DNA of 64,000 nucleotides from Octopus sinensis (lineage: Eukaryota), in contig NC_042998.1 of the NCBI RefSeq assembly GCF_006345805.1, positions 25,854,001-25,918,000 on the forward strand. Reading direction: 5' to 3'. Below the pieces are notes generated by a model. That model ran no database searches, was not told the origin of the DNA, and saw nothing but the letters and a program-made list of their open reading frames with translations. Shown piece after piece: positions 24,659 through 35,638 of this stretch (positions are counted from its first letter, which is position 1; every line of letters starts with the position of its first letter). Both the position numbers and the translations under genes were made by a program.

Positions 24659-24750
24659 CCAACCACTTTACAAAGTGTACTGGGTACTTTTTACGTGGCA
24701 CTGATGTGAGTCCTTTTCTTTTTTAAACCTGATGACAATCAACGATCAAA
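24285..24750. mobile_element. RTE-tail-like copy (+) with an inverted partial copy (24657-24750) across a (GAT/GGT/GCT)n tract
   Basis: 24657-24735 is the reverse complement of ~24355-24435. Confidence 0.7.
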
Positions 24751-25261
24751 CTAATGGTGGTTGTGGTATTGGTGGTGGTGGTGGTGGTGCTGGTGCTGGT
24801 GGTAGTGGTGGTGCTGGTGGTGGTGTTGGTGCTGGTGGTGCTGGTAGTGGTGATGATATACAGTAGTGGACTGGATTCAAATTCTCTAGGTCTTTATTTC
24901 TGAAGTAAGTGTAGCAAACTAATTCATCCACTAAGACAACAGTTCTCAAATTGATAAATATCAGGTTTAAAAAATAAAAATTTAATTAGCGAAATTCCTC
25001 CTATCCTACTCTTTTTCTTCTTTTTTTTTATTTTGTTAACAAGAAGGCAAAAACCGACTTTGCATCTACATAACCCCTCTTTCTTCACCATGGTGCTAAT
25101 AAACAAGTTTTAAAAGTTTAAAACCATTTTAATTTCATTAAACATGGCAATTTGTTCTACCACTTCTTCAATCCTCACAGCTTTCCCAATTCCCATGTGA
25201 AACACTGCACTAGGCTACTGATGCATGTACACCTAATGCTTCATTTTCAGGTTATTCAAAT

Positions 25262-25417
25262 TCATTTTTTCAATAAAGGAAGCCATAGTGTGTTGGTATC
25301 AGCACTGAGCCAACTGATTAGGTTTTCAGCAAGCTCTATACGAACTGATTCTTTGATTTTTCTAAATTTACATTGTGGTTCTCTATCAATTATGGAAATT
25401 TCATTCCATAGCAGTAA
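25262..25417 (-). mobile_element. Penelope-like GIY-YIG endonuclease C-terminal remnant
   Basis: LLLWNEISIIDREPQCKFRKIKESVRIELAENLISWLSADTNTLWLPLLKK*, matching the W...I.D.E....R.IKEA..I ... W.PLL pattern. Confidence 0.6.
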
Positions 25418-25649
25418 TCAAAAATTATAATTGTATTATTGATATTTGTTGCACAATAGTTTATAGTTTCGGTTGGATAGCTGGAATATGCTTCTTAATT
25501 AAAGCTAAGAAATACCCAGCAGCATTTGACATTAAATTTTAAGTAAAAAGCTGGTTGCCCTTTACTCCAAGGTCAGCTCTGATTAAATAAATACATGATG
25601 AAGGATGTTATAGGCAAACATCATTTAAAAAATAAAAGAATATATCAGA

Positions 25650-25930
25650 TATCATCATCATTGTTTAACATCCGTTTTCCATGCTAGCATGGGTTGGACG
25701 GTTCGACCGGGGCCTGGGAAGCCAGGGGGCTGCACTAGGCTCCAGTCTGATCTGGCAGTGTTTCTACAGCTGGATGCTCTTCCTAACGCCAACTACTCCG
25801 TGAGTTTAGTGGGTGCTTTTTACGTGCCACCAGCACAGGTGCCAGGGGAGGTTGGCAGCGGCCACGATTGGTTGGTGCTTTTTACGTGCTACTGGCACAG
25901 AAGCCAGTCAAGGTGGCGCTGGCATCAATG
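25650..25930 (-). mobile_element. RTE-type 3' UTR copy
   Basis: Reverse complement of the shared terminal block and tandem units. Confidence 0.8.
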
Positions 25931-26381
25931 GTTTCAAATTGTAGCACAAGGCCAGCAATTCCAGGGGTGGGGACTGGTCGATTATATCAGTCACAGTGCT
26001 TGACTGGATTTATTTTATCAACCTCCAAAAGGATGAAAGGCAAAGTTAAGCTCAGTGGAATTTGAACTCAGAATGTAAAGATGGACAAAATGACGCTAAG
26101 CATTTTGCCTGGTGCATTATCAATTCTGCCACCTCACAACTTCAAGTATACATTAAACAATGTAATCCAAGATACACGGTGTCTTAAAAGAAAGGGAAAA
26201 AAAACTGCTGGTCACAGCTGAAATGCATTGGTGTTAGTTTCATTTGATCCAGATTGACCAAGGATCAGAACAGATGAGAGGAATAGACAGCTGACTCAAT
26301 TGCAATGGGCATCTGTTAGGGGTAAAGGGTCAAATTGGATCAGTCTAATTTGACAGGAAATTCTAAAAATTACAATTTTAA

Positions 26382-27063
26382 CCCTTTCATTACTGTATTC
26401 ATTTTGAGATACTGTGTTTCTTTGAATTACTTTAAATATAACAAAGAATTTAGCAAAATAACTTAATTATCATTAAGCTAGTAAAAGGAACATAAATTGT
26501 GAATAAGGTTTGGTGGAAAATTTTAATTCAGAACTCTTGGAAACAAGACATTTGTACTACAGAGACAGAGGCAGTTTCAGGTAGGTTGGTATCAAAAGGG
26601 TTAAATTAATCATTTATTAACCCTTTTGTTACCATATTTCTGTTGAGATGCTTTGTGTTTCTTTCAATTAATTTTAAATATAACAAAATAACATAGTTAT
26701 CATTCAGCTAGTGTAAGGAATATAAATTGTGACTAAGGTTTAGTGGAAGATTTTAATTCAAAACTTATGGAAACAAGACATTGGTACTACAGAGCTAGAG
26801 CTGGTTTCAGCCGGGTTGGTATCGAAAGGGTTAATTTAATCATTTGTTAACCCTTTTGTTACTATATTTCTGTTGAGTTGCTCTGTGTTTCTTTCAATTA
26901 ATTTTAGATATAACAAGGAATTTAGTAAAATAACTTAGTTATCATTAAGTTATCATTAAATGTGACTAAGGTTCGGTGGTAGATTTTAATTCAAAACTTA
27001 TGAAAATAAAACATTTGTACTACAGAGCCAGAGTCAGTTTCAGCCGGGTCGGTAACGAACGGG
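26382..27063. mobile_element. three tandem piggyBac-type MITEs (~210-220 bp)
   Basis: TTAA|CCCTTT...AAAGGG|TTAA units at 26382-26600, 26621-26830 and 26851-27063, separated by 12-nt spacers. Confidence 0.8.
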
Positions 27064-27810
27064 CTAATATATATTTTAATAAATACATTTTTAACGGCAA
27101 TTCTAACATCAAAGCTCTCATTCACAGCAATCCTGTCTTCAAAATTAGCTGTTATTCCTAGTAGATTGAGTGAATATATAATAGTAACCATTCACAGATA
27201 TTCTCTTTGTTTTTATGCAAGCTTATAGACAAATATAAATTGTAATTCTTCATTTGTGTTTTGTATTAAAATAAATTGTTTCAGTATAATCTGTGTTTGT
27301 GTTGTAATATGTCTAAAATAAAATTTTAGGCTATTTGCTATTTTATTGACACACTCAAATGGTAATAAAGAAAAGTGCAAGACCATAACAGAAATCAAAA
27401 CAACAAAATGTACTTAGTTTCTGTATTGCTTAACAAAAAAAAAATCCTTTTATTTTATGTTACATAGAAATGTTAAAATTTTACTTGTGTTTCAATAACC
27501 TGCTATAATAGGAAGCAGTTTTAAATAAAACAAGGGAAATGTTTTTATGTAAATTGTATGTATATGTGTGTGCCAGTACATACACACACACACACACACT
27601 ATATATATATACATACATATATATACATATATATACATATATATATATATACATACACATATATATTTGTGTGTGTGTATATATATGAATGTAGATATAT
27701 ATATGAATGTAGATATATATATATATATTAATAAGTGTACATATATATATGAATATTCTATATATGTATATATATACATATACATATATGAATGTATATA
27801 TATATATTTC

Positions 27811-27845
<35 letters not shown>

Positions 27846-29220
27846 TAACGGGAAGCTTTATGAAAATAAACAAAGACGAGGCAGGTGGAAAACAAACGAA
27901 CAATTGTATAGTATGGCGCTCAGGAAATATAAATAAAACAAGTCTTTAACGTTTCGAGCCTACGCTCTTCAACAGAAAGATACACAGAGAGAGAAAAACA
28001 CAGAAAGAAGGGAGAAAAAAAATGCGTGCAGTAGCTAACGAATCAACATGGCGATCTGATTTCGGCCAGAGGTCAAAGATCAAACATGAGACGTGAGAGC
28101 GAAATAAGGGGAGATAATAGGGTTGATAAACGGGTTGAGGGACCAGCTAAAAGTGCGTGGGAGGGGTCTGGATGTGTGTATGTATAGGGTTGGTGTATGT
28201 ATTAGTATGTATAGGGTGTGTTGTGTGTGTGTGTATGAGAGAGTATTAGTGCGTAAGATTGGTCTGGACGTGCGTATGTATGGGTTGGTGTATGTATTAG
28301 TATGTATTAGTATGTATTAGTACGTATTGGTATGTATAGGTATGTGTGTGTGTGTGAGAGAGAGTATAAGTGCGTATGCGGGGTCTGGACGCGTGTATGT
28401 ATAGGGTTGGTTTGTAAGTAGTATGTACTAGTATATATTAGTACGTATTAGTATGTATTAGTATGGCACATCATATGTGATGTGATGTGTAAAGTCATGT
28501 GGTGTAGTGAGAGAGAGGGGAGGGGGGGGGGGGGGGAAGAGGGGGGAGAAGGGGAGGGGAAGAGAGGGGGAGGAGAAGGGGAAGAGGAGGGGATGGGGGA
28601 GAAGGAAGGGGAGGAGGGGGATGAAGGAGGAAAGAGGGAGAGGGGGAGAGAGGGAGTGAGGGAGAAAGAGGGAAGAAGGGAAGGGGAGTAGGGGTGTGAA
28701 AGGATGAAGGACTGAAGAAGTAGGGGTCGGGGGGAGAAAGGAATAGGTAGAGGGGGGGGGGGGGGGGGGGGGGGTTAGATGAGGAGGCGGGGAGAGTTGA
28801 GACCAAATGGCGTATAAGAGCGAAGAGAGAAGATTAATTCCTGTTCACGGCGCAAACGGGAATCCGGATGGCCTCTGTGTAAGGACAAACCGAACACAGA
28901 TAGGTGTTGCAAGGAGTGACCGGTGGAGCGGAAATGGCGTGAGACCGGTGTGTCGTTCGCAAGGTGGATGTCACGAAGGTGTTCCGCGAACCGGTCGGCC
29001 AAGCGGCGTCCCGTTTGTCCGATGTACAAGGAATTGCAGAGAGAGCAAGAGATGCAATAGATAATATTGCAGGTGAAGGTGAAGGAGTGGATGATGGGAT
29101 AGGGTCGATGGTGGGTGCTAGTGAGGCGGGTGGTGTTGGAGAGGTAAGGGCAAGTGCGGCAACGTGGGCGGGAGCAGGGGACCGAGCCGGGTTGGGAGGT
29201 AGGGTCAGGGAAGGAATTTC
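27846..29220 (-). mobile_element. 5'-truncated Penelope-like retroelement (Zn-finger linker + GIY-YIG, C-rich 3' region, pLTR with hammerhead)
   Basis: Open frame 29218-28775: PCSRPRCRTCPYL...HSFTFTCNIIYCISCSLCNSLYIGQTGRRLADRFAEHLRDI...VSRHF...REQELIFSLRSYTPFGLN. (TA)n at both ends. Confidence 0.9.
27943..27980 (-). ncRNA. minimal hammerhead ribozyme variant in PLE pLTR
   Basis: TCTTT CTGTTGA A GAGC GTAG GCTC GAAAC GTT AAAGA. A6 is changed to U; palindromic ACGT stem III. Confidence 0.65.
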
Positions 29221-29230
29221 ACATATACAT

Positions 29231-29261
<31 letters not shown>

Positions 29262-29263
<2 letters not shown>

Positions 29264-29312
29264 TAACAATTAAGGATAATCTCTTATTAAGAGATTATCC
29301 TTAATTGTTAAA
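29262..29312. repeat. perfect 25-bp-arm palindrome with 1-nt centre
   Basis: TTTAACAATTAAGGATAATCTCTTA T TAAGAGATTATCCTTAATTGTTAAA. Confidence 0.95.
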
Positions 29313-29475
29313 CTTATTCCGAAATACTTTTCATTACCCGACATGCAGTTCGTAAAAAGCCCGCCATTTACCGGATATATGATTTATAAACATTCCATGT
29401 GCTTGGCCGGAGTGAACAGTTGTCTGTTCGTCTTCGCTACATAAGGTTGGTTTATTTATGATGTATTCAGAATCA

Positions 29476-29531
29476 GTTCTGCTGACGATCATTAGACGCA
29501 AGTTGTATGTGAAATCACGGTGATACAGAAC
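29476..29531 (+). ncRNA. type I hammerhead ribozyme, intact core
   Basis: GTTCTG CTGACGA TCAT TAGAC GCAA GTTGT ATGT GAAA TCAC G GTGA TA CAGAAC. Stem I is 6 bp; stem III ATCAC-G-GTGAT; triplet AUA. Confidence 0.8.
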
Positions 29532-29660
29532 ATAATTCATTTTTAAATGTCTTGCTTTGAAAAACTGCATTTGGGTATGATTAGTATAATTTTTGGTAGT
29601 AATGACTTTGTCCCTCCTAGTGTGAGGCATTTATGTGTAATAATGCCCTTTATACAATAT

Positions 29661-29699
<39 letters not shown>

Positions 29700-29751
29700 C
29701 ACACACATACACACTTATGTACACACAAGCAAATACACACACATGCACACT

Positions 29752-29783
<32 letters not shown>

Positions 29784-30114
29784 GATGATAATACAATGAT
29801 TGGTTGGCCATGGGTGGATTGTCTTTGTGTTATTTCCTATTATCGAAACACAAATAAAATCTTAACATTTTTCTATAAAAAATAAAAAATAAAAAATATG
29901 GAGATGTGTTACTGAACTCATACTAATATTTTATTTTTAATCAATATTGAACAAATAAAAGAATAAAAAGTTATGAGATTGTTTTGCGTTTTATTTGAGC
30001 CATATTGGTTTTAGTTGAGTTTTGTGGGACAATGGAAGAAGAATATGCAAGAAGGGAAACAAAGAGAGAGTGCACGGAATGAAAAGGAGTTGTCGAAAAG
30101 TACAGATCACTTAC

Positions 30115-30146
30115 TGACTTCTTGACCGGAACACATCGCCAGCCAT
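30115..30146 (-). CDS. candidate first coding exon MAGDVFRSRS(Q/H)
   Basis: AAACAC ATG GCT GGC GAT GTG TTC CGG TCA AGA AGT CA|GTAAGT. Locally CpG-rich and directly downstream of a ~600-bp CT tract. Confidence 0.25.
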
Positions 30147-30164
30147 GTGTTTGGGGAAGATAGG

Positions 30165-30760
30165 GCGAAAAAGAGAGAGAGAGAGAGGGAGAGAGAGGGA
30201 GGGAGGGAGAGAGAGGGGGAGGGGAGAGAGAGAGACAGATGAACAGACAGACAGAGAGAAAAGGAAAGAAGGGAGGGAGACAGAGATGGACAGAGAGAGA
30301 CAGAGACAGACAGACAGAGAGAGGGAGAGACAGGATGACAGAGACAGACAGACAGACAGAGACAGAGAGAGGAGGAGGGGAGGGAGAGGGAGACAGACAG
30401 ACGGAGACAGAAAGTGACAGAGAGTGGGGAGAAGGGGAGAGATAGACAGACAGAGAGAAAGAGAGAAGGGGAGGGAGGGAGATAGATAGAGAAAGGCAGA
30501 GGAGTATAAAGAGTGAGAAAGTAGAGACAGAGAGAGAGGGAGAGATGGGGAGAGAGAATAAAGTGTGAGAGAAAGAGAAAGAGAGAGGATAAAGATTAAG
30601 AGAGTAGAAATACAGAGAGAGAGAGAGAGAATAAAGAGTGAGAGAGTAAAGACAGAGAGAGGGGGAAGACAAAGAGTGAGAGAGTGGAAACTGAGAGAGA
30701 GACAGACAGACAGACAGAGACAGAGAGAGAAGCAGAGTCAGAGAGACAGAGAGAGAAGGA
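30165..30760. repeat. (GA)n/(GACA)n polypurine tract
   Basis: Almost no T on the + strand for ~600 bp. Confidence 0.95.
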
Positions 30761-30854
30761 TCATGCTGACAGATGAAGACCAGCTAAAGAGTCAAACAGT
30801 AATTCTCTGTGGATCCAGTTACCAGCTACAGTTGATGTTACTAATAAATGGTGA

Positions 30855-31335
30855 TAAGCTGGCAGAGCCATTAGCACTTTGACCAAATTTCTTAGCGGCA
30901 TTTTGTCTGTCTTTATGTTCTGCATTCAAATTCCGCCAAGGTTGGCTTTACTATTCAGCTTTTTGAGGTTGATAAAATAAGTACCAGTTGAATATTGGGG
31001 GGGTCGATGTAATCGACTGACCCCCTCTGCCAAATTTGTTGGCCTTGTACCAAAATTAGAAAACAATAAGGGCAACCAGCCAGAGAACCCATGCCACAAG
31101 AAGGCGGCGAGCTGGTAGAAATGTTAGCATGCCTGGCAAAGTGCTTAGTGGTATTTTGTCTGTCGTTACATTCTGAGTTCAAATTCCGCCGAGGTCGACT
31201 TTGCCTTTCATCCTTTCGGGGTCGATAAATTAAGTACCAGTTACACACTGGGGTCGATGTAATCGACTTAATCCCTTTGTCTGTCCTTGTTTGTCCCCTC
31301 TATGTTTAGCCCCTTGTGGGCAATAAAGAAATAAG
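30855..31335 (+). mobile_element. two tandem SINE family A copies
   Basis: 30855-31075 and ~31095-31335, with alternative tails. Confidence 0.85.
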
Positions 31336-31757
31336 AAACTGAAAGAAACCAGCTGTGTGTGTATGTGTGTGTGTGTGTGTGTGCGTGTGCATGCGTGTGT
31401 GTGTGTGTGTGTGTATGTGTCCATGTGCATATGTATGTATATCAATTTGTATGTGTGTGTCTTTGTTTGCCCCCCTCCTACTGCTTGACCACTGGTGTTG
31501 GTGTGTTTAACCTAGCAGTTCAGCAAAAAGAGACTGATTGAACAAGTGCCAGGTTTTAAAATAGAAAATATGCCCTGGTGTCGCCTTAAAAAAAACACCA
31601 TTTGGGCGTGGCTATTGCCAGTACTGCCTGACTGGCACGTAAAAGCACCCACTACACTTTTGGAGTGGTTGGCGTTAGGAAGGGCATCCAGCTGTAGAAG
31701 GTTTTAAAATAGAAAATATGCCCTGGTGTCAATTTGTTCAACTAAAATTCTTCAACT

Positions 31758-32115
31758 ATAGATGCAGGAGTGGCTGTGTAGTAAGTAGCTTGCTTACCAA
31801 GTGTCTTCTACTATAGTCTTGGGCCGACCAAGGTCTTGTGAGTGGATTTGGTAGAGGGAAACTGAAAGAAGCCCATTGTATATATGCATATGTATATATA
31901 TGTGTGTGTGTGTGTCCCCCAACATCGCTTGACAAACGATGCTGGTGTGTTTACGTCCCTGTAACTTAGCAGTTCAGCAAAAGAGACTGATAGAATAAGT
32001 ACTAGGCTTACAAAGAATAAGTCCTGAGGTCGATTTGCTCGACTGAAGGTGGTGCTCCAGCATGGCCGCAGTCAAATGACTGAAACAAGTAAAAGAGTAA
32101 AAAGAGTAAAGAGAG
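31758..32115 (+). mobile_element. SINE family B with internal deletion
   Basis: The head joins directly to AAGTGTCTTC; the tail is intact. Confidence 0.85.
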
Positions 32116-33111
32116 TAATTTGGTGCTCCAGCATGGCCACATTCTAATGACTGAAACACAGCCATGCCTATAATTTCTCAAAAGATTTCCCCCCCATTTT
32201 CATTGATTTTATAGAAAACTAGAAATCAGACCAAAGTTATAGCAGAATGTTTTGGCAGAACATTACTTCAAAGTTTAATTCAGTAATGTTTGAAAGTAGA
32301 TAAAAAATTTTATATATTTTCTGTGGCAACTGTTTGTAAAGAATTATACAAAATAATCCTACTTGCTAACAGTATCATTAAAATGAGTTTAAAATCCATA
32401 GGAAAATCCTGCGACAAGTATTAATAATTGGATCATGAATGAACAAAGATTTCACAGTTTGAAAAATTTTAATGCAATAAATTATTTGATTTCAACAATA
32501 ATGGTTATTTTATTTTTAAAATTCAAAACTTATTCAAATTTTTAATTATTTTTTTTTCTCATGAAATCCAAAGTGAATGTTGATACATACATAGACACAT
32601 GTTCATACACATATACATAAATGTATATACAATCTTTATTGCCATATGAGTAAAATAGCATAATAAATAAATATACTTTATATTCTGTATTATATTTATT
32701 CTGATCAGTGATATCATAAAATAGATATGTTTCTGAATGCTTAGAGTAAAAAAAAAAATGTTATCTTTGATATAATTGTAAGTTGAACCTCAGTGGTACA
32801 AGACTGAATATAAAATGTGATTTGAGAATAAATTTTCAGTTTGATGGCACATAAATTGTAACAGTAAGCTAGAAGTGCATCTGATCATTCTAAATATTTT
32901 CTTCAGCTTTGCAGATTGCTCTAATAATTCATTTGTTTTTGTTTTTTTAAGATGTAGACCTTTTGGTAATTTAAATGCATGTCAAAATGAAAATGCAGAA
33001 CTCTATCAGGAGAAAATTAAAGAAGGGAATATTATCTACAATAAAATTATGATTGAATCAACCAATAATGATACCCTTTGCTATATAAATGATGATTTTC
33101 TTTGGAGATAG

Positions 33112-33147
<36 letters not shown>

Positions 33148-33162
33148 TAATAATAATAATAT

Positions 33163-33420
33163 CATAGAGATGTTAAAGATAAGACAGACAGAAAAAAGAT
33201 TGCTGTGGATGACTAAAGGTGATTTAAAACTGGAAACAGGGGCTCTAATCTGTGCCACCCAAGAAGAAGCACTAAGAACAAACTACATAAAATGCAGAAT
33301 AGACAACACAACAGAAAGTGATAAGTGCAGAATCTGTGGACAAAATAGTGAAAACGTATGGCATATTACCAGCCAATGTACGCTACTATCCCAGAAGGAA
33401 TATGAGATGCCACAACAACA
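33163..33420 (+). mobile_element. R4/Dong-like LINE fragment with CCHC zinc knuckle
   Basis: WMTKGDLKLETGALICATQEEALRTNYIKCRIDNTTESDKCRICGQNSENVWHITSQCTLLSQKEY (C-X2-C-X8-H-X4-C). Starts at an (AAT)n tract. Confidence 0.85.
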
Positions 33421-33444
33421 TAGCTAGGCTGGGCTATATTGACA

Positions 33445-33704
33445 AATGGCGACACAGCAGTCAAAAAATCGTAAAAAAATTAGGATTTTCATAGAAAAAA
33501 AGCACCTTTTTGATGTAAATAATTTTTGGCGTTAACATGGTCCAATTTGAATTTTTTCTTCTACAGAATGAAGAGCAAGCTTTCTTCTACCATACTCTCA
33601 ATTTTGGTCAACTTGCACCGCAGGGTCTCGAAGGAGATACTGTTAGTTGAAGGCTACCAAACCTGCCACACATACACAGACAACTTCAGCTTTATATATA
33701 TAGA
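33445..33704 (-). mobile_element. Helitron-type element, 3' end missing
   Basis: Same body as 35247-35638 and 51413-51809. Confidence 0.7.
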
Positions 33705-34159
33705 TTAATTGGAAGTATATAGACTGAAACTAATTTCCTCCATAACAATTCTTTTTTTTTTTTTTGAGACTCATGATGTAAGCCAGCCATAATCACTTTC
33801 AAATCTAATAACACAAACCCAGAAACAAATATCAGGTTTATGCTTATTTTTGAGAAATACGTATAATACTTACGTAATCAGTTCACTATGGTGAAACAGT
33901 ACACAGTCTGTGACAATAATCCACCTACGTCACTGTTCACTAGATATGTTAGAACAATTACTAAATAATTTTAATAGTAAATCACTTATTCTCACTCTTA
34001 ACAAAACTTTATTTATCTTCAGTAAAACCAATAAATATCTAATTTTACCACACAGCTGTTGTCCTTTAATAGAATTCTCATGTAAAGATGATACAGTATT
34101 CAGGTGAAAAATAACACACTTTCATATATATATATATCTTTTCTTCTTTTTCTTTTCTT

Positions 34160-34503
34160 TTTACTTGTTTCAGTCATTTTGACTGCGGCCATGCTGGAGC
34201 ACCGCCTTAAATCAAGCAACTCGACCCCGGGTTTTATTCTTTGTAAGCCCAGTACTTATTCTATCAGTCTCTTTTGCCGAACCGCTAAATGACAGGGACA
34301 TAAACACAGACACACAAACATACATGCACATACATATATTCGACGGGCTTCTTTCAGTTTCCGTCTACCAAATCCACTCACAAGGCTTTGGTCGGCCCGA
34401 GGCTATAGTAGAAGACACTTACCCAAGGTGCCACACGGTGGGACTGAACCCGGAACCATGTGGTTGGTAAACAAGCTACTTACCACACAGCCACTCCTGC
34501 ACC

Positions 34504-34505
<2 letters not shown>
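34160..34505 (-). mobile_element. SINE family B
   Basis: Reverse copy, head at ~34505. Confidence 0.9.
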
Positions 34506-34551
<46 letters not shown>

Positions 34552-35246
34552 CAGACAGAAAGACAGACAGATAGATAAATAGATTAATAAATAGACAGGT
34601 ATGTAGGTAGATAGATATGTATGTATATGTGTATGTATGTATGTATGTATGTATGTATGTATGTAGGTAGGTAGGTAAGTAGATACGTAGGTAGGTAGAT
34701 TATATATATGTAAACTCTGCCAGATCAAGACTGGAGCCTGGAGCAGCCATCTGGTTCGCCAGCCCACAGTCAAACCGTCCAACCCATGCTAGCATGGAGA
34801 GCAGACGTCAAACGACGACGATGATGATGATGATGATGATATATAAATATGTATATATATATGCATGTATATGTAAGATGAGGATTCAGATAGAATCAGG
34901 CACTTGAAAAGGTATGCCCCAGGTAGGGTTGGGTAATCTCTGTGGTTCACGTCTATGATTGGTGAGAGTCAAACTATCAGATAGGATATTTCAGTTGTGT
35001 ATACAGAGAAAAGCATTTACATCTGATCCAACAGATGTATATGGTCAAAGATCTGTTTCACATCATGTCAACCATGGCCGCCTCTTTTTTTCTTTTGATC
35101 CTTGTGCATCTTAGACTACATTATCAAAGGTGCTCCTCCTTTCCAAAATGACAGAATATAATTTGAGGTAAATTTGGTTATTATCTCTAGTAGGTCAAAC
35201 AAGTATGTAGAGGATCCCAAAATGGCTTTTGCTCCTTTGTTTAAAC

Positions 35247-35638
35247 CTCTCTATATATAAAGCTGAAGTTGTCTGTGTATGGCAGGTTTGGTAGCCTTCA
35301 ACTAACACTATCTCCTCCGAGACCCTGCAGTGCAAGTTGACCAAAATTGAGAGTATGATAGAAGAAGGCTTGCTCTTCCTTCTGTAGAAGAAAAATTTTC
35401 AAATCAGACCATGTTAACACCAAAAATTATTTACATCAAAAAGGTGCTCTTTTTCTATGAAAATCCCTATTTTTTACGATTTTTTGATAGCTGTGTCGCC
35501 ATTTTTCGGTGTATTTCAACCAGAAAAATATTTACTTAAAGAGAATAACAAGCTGCATAATGCAAAATTTTTACATTCCAAAAATTCTAATTCTAAAGGG
35601 TCGAAATAAACCCGAGCAATGCCGGGTGATACTGCTAG
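35247..35638 (+). mobile_element. non-autonomous Helitron-type element
   Basis: 5' TCTCTATATATAAAG, 3' hairpin CCCGAGCAATGCCGGG, then CTAG|T. Confidence 0.75.

Noticed and set aside
24727-24752. CTGATGA motif
   Set aside because: It lies in an inverted RTE-tail fragment; no GAAA and no stem I or III.
30768-30830. CAGATGA A GAC...GTC AAAC hammerhead-like remnant
   Set aside because: It needs at least two core changes and has no convincing stem III.
32951-32964. 14-nt plus-strand microexon TTTTTTTAAG|ATGTAGACCTTTTG|GTAATT
   Set aside because: Splice signals are plausible but no compatible neighbouring exon can be shown.
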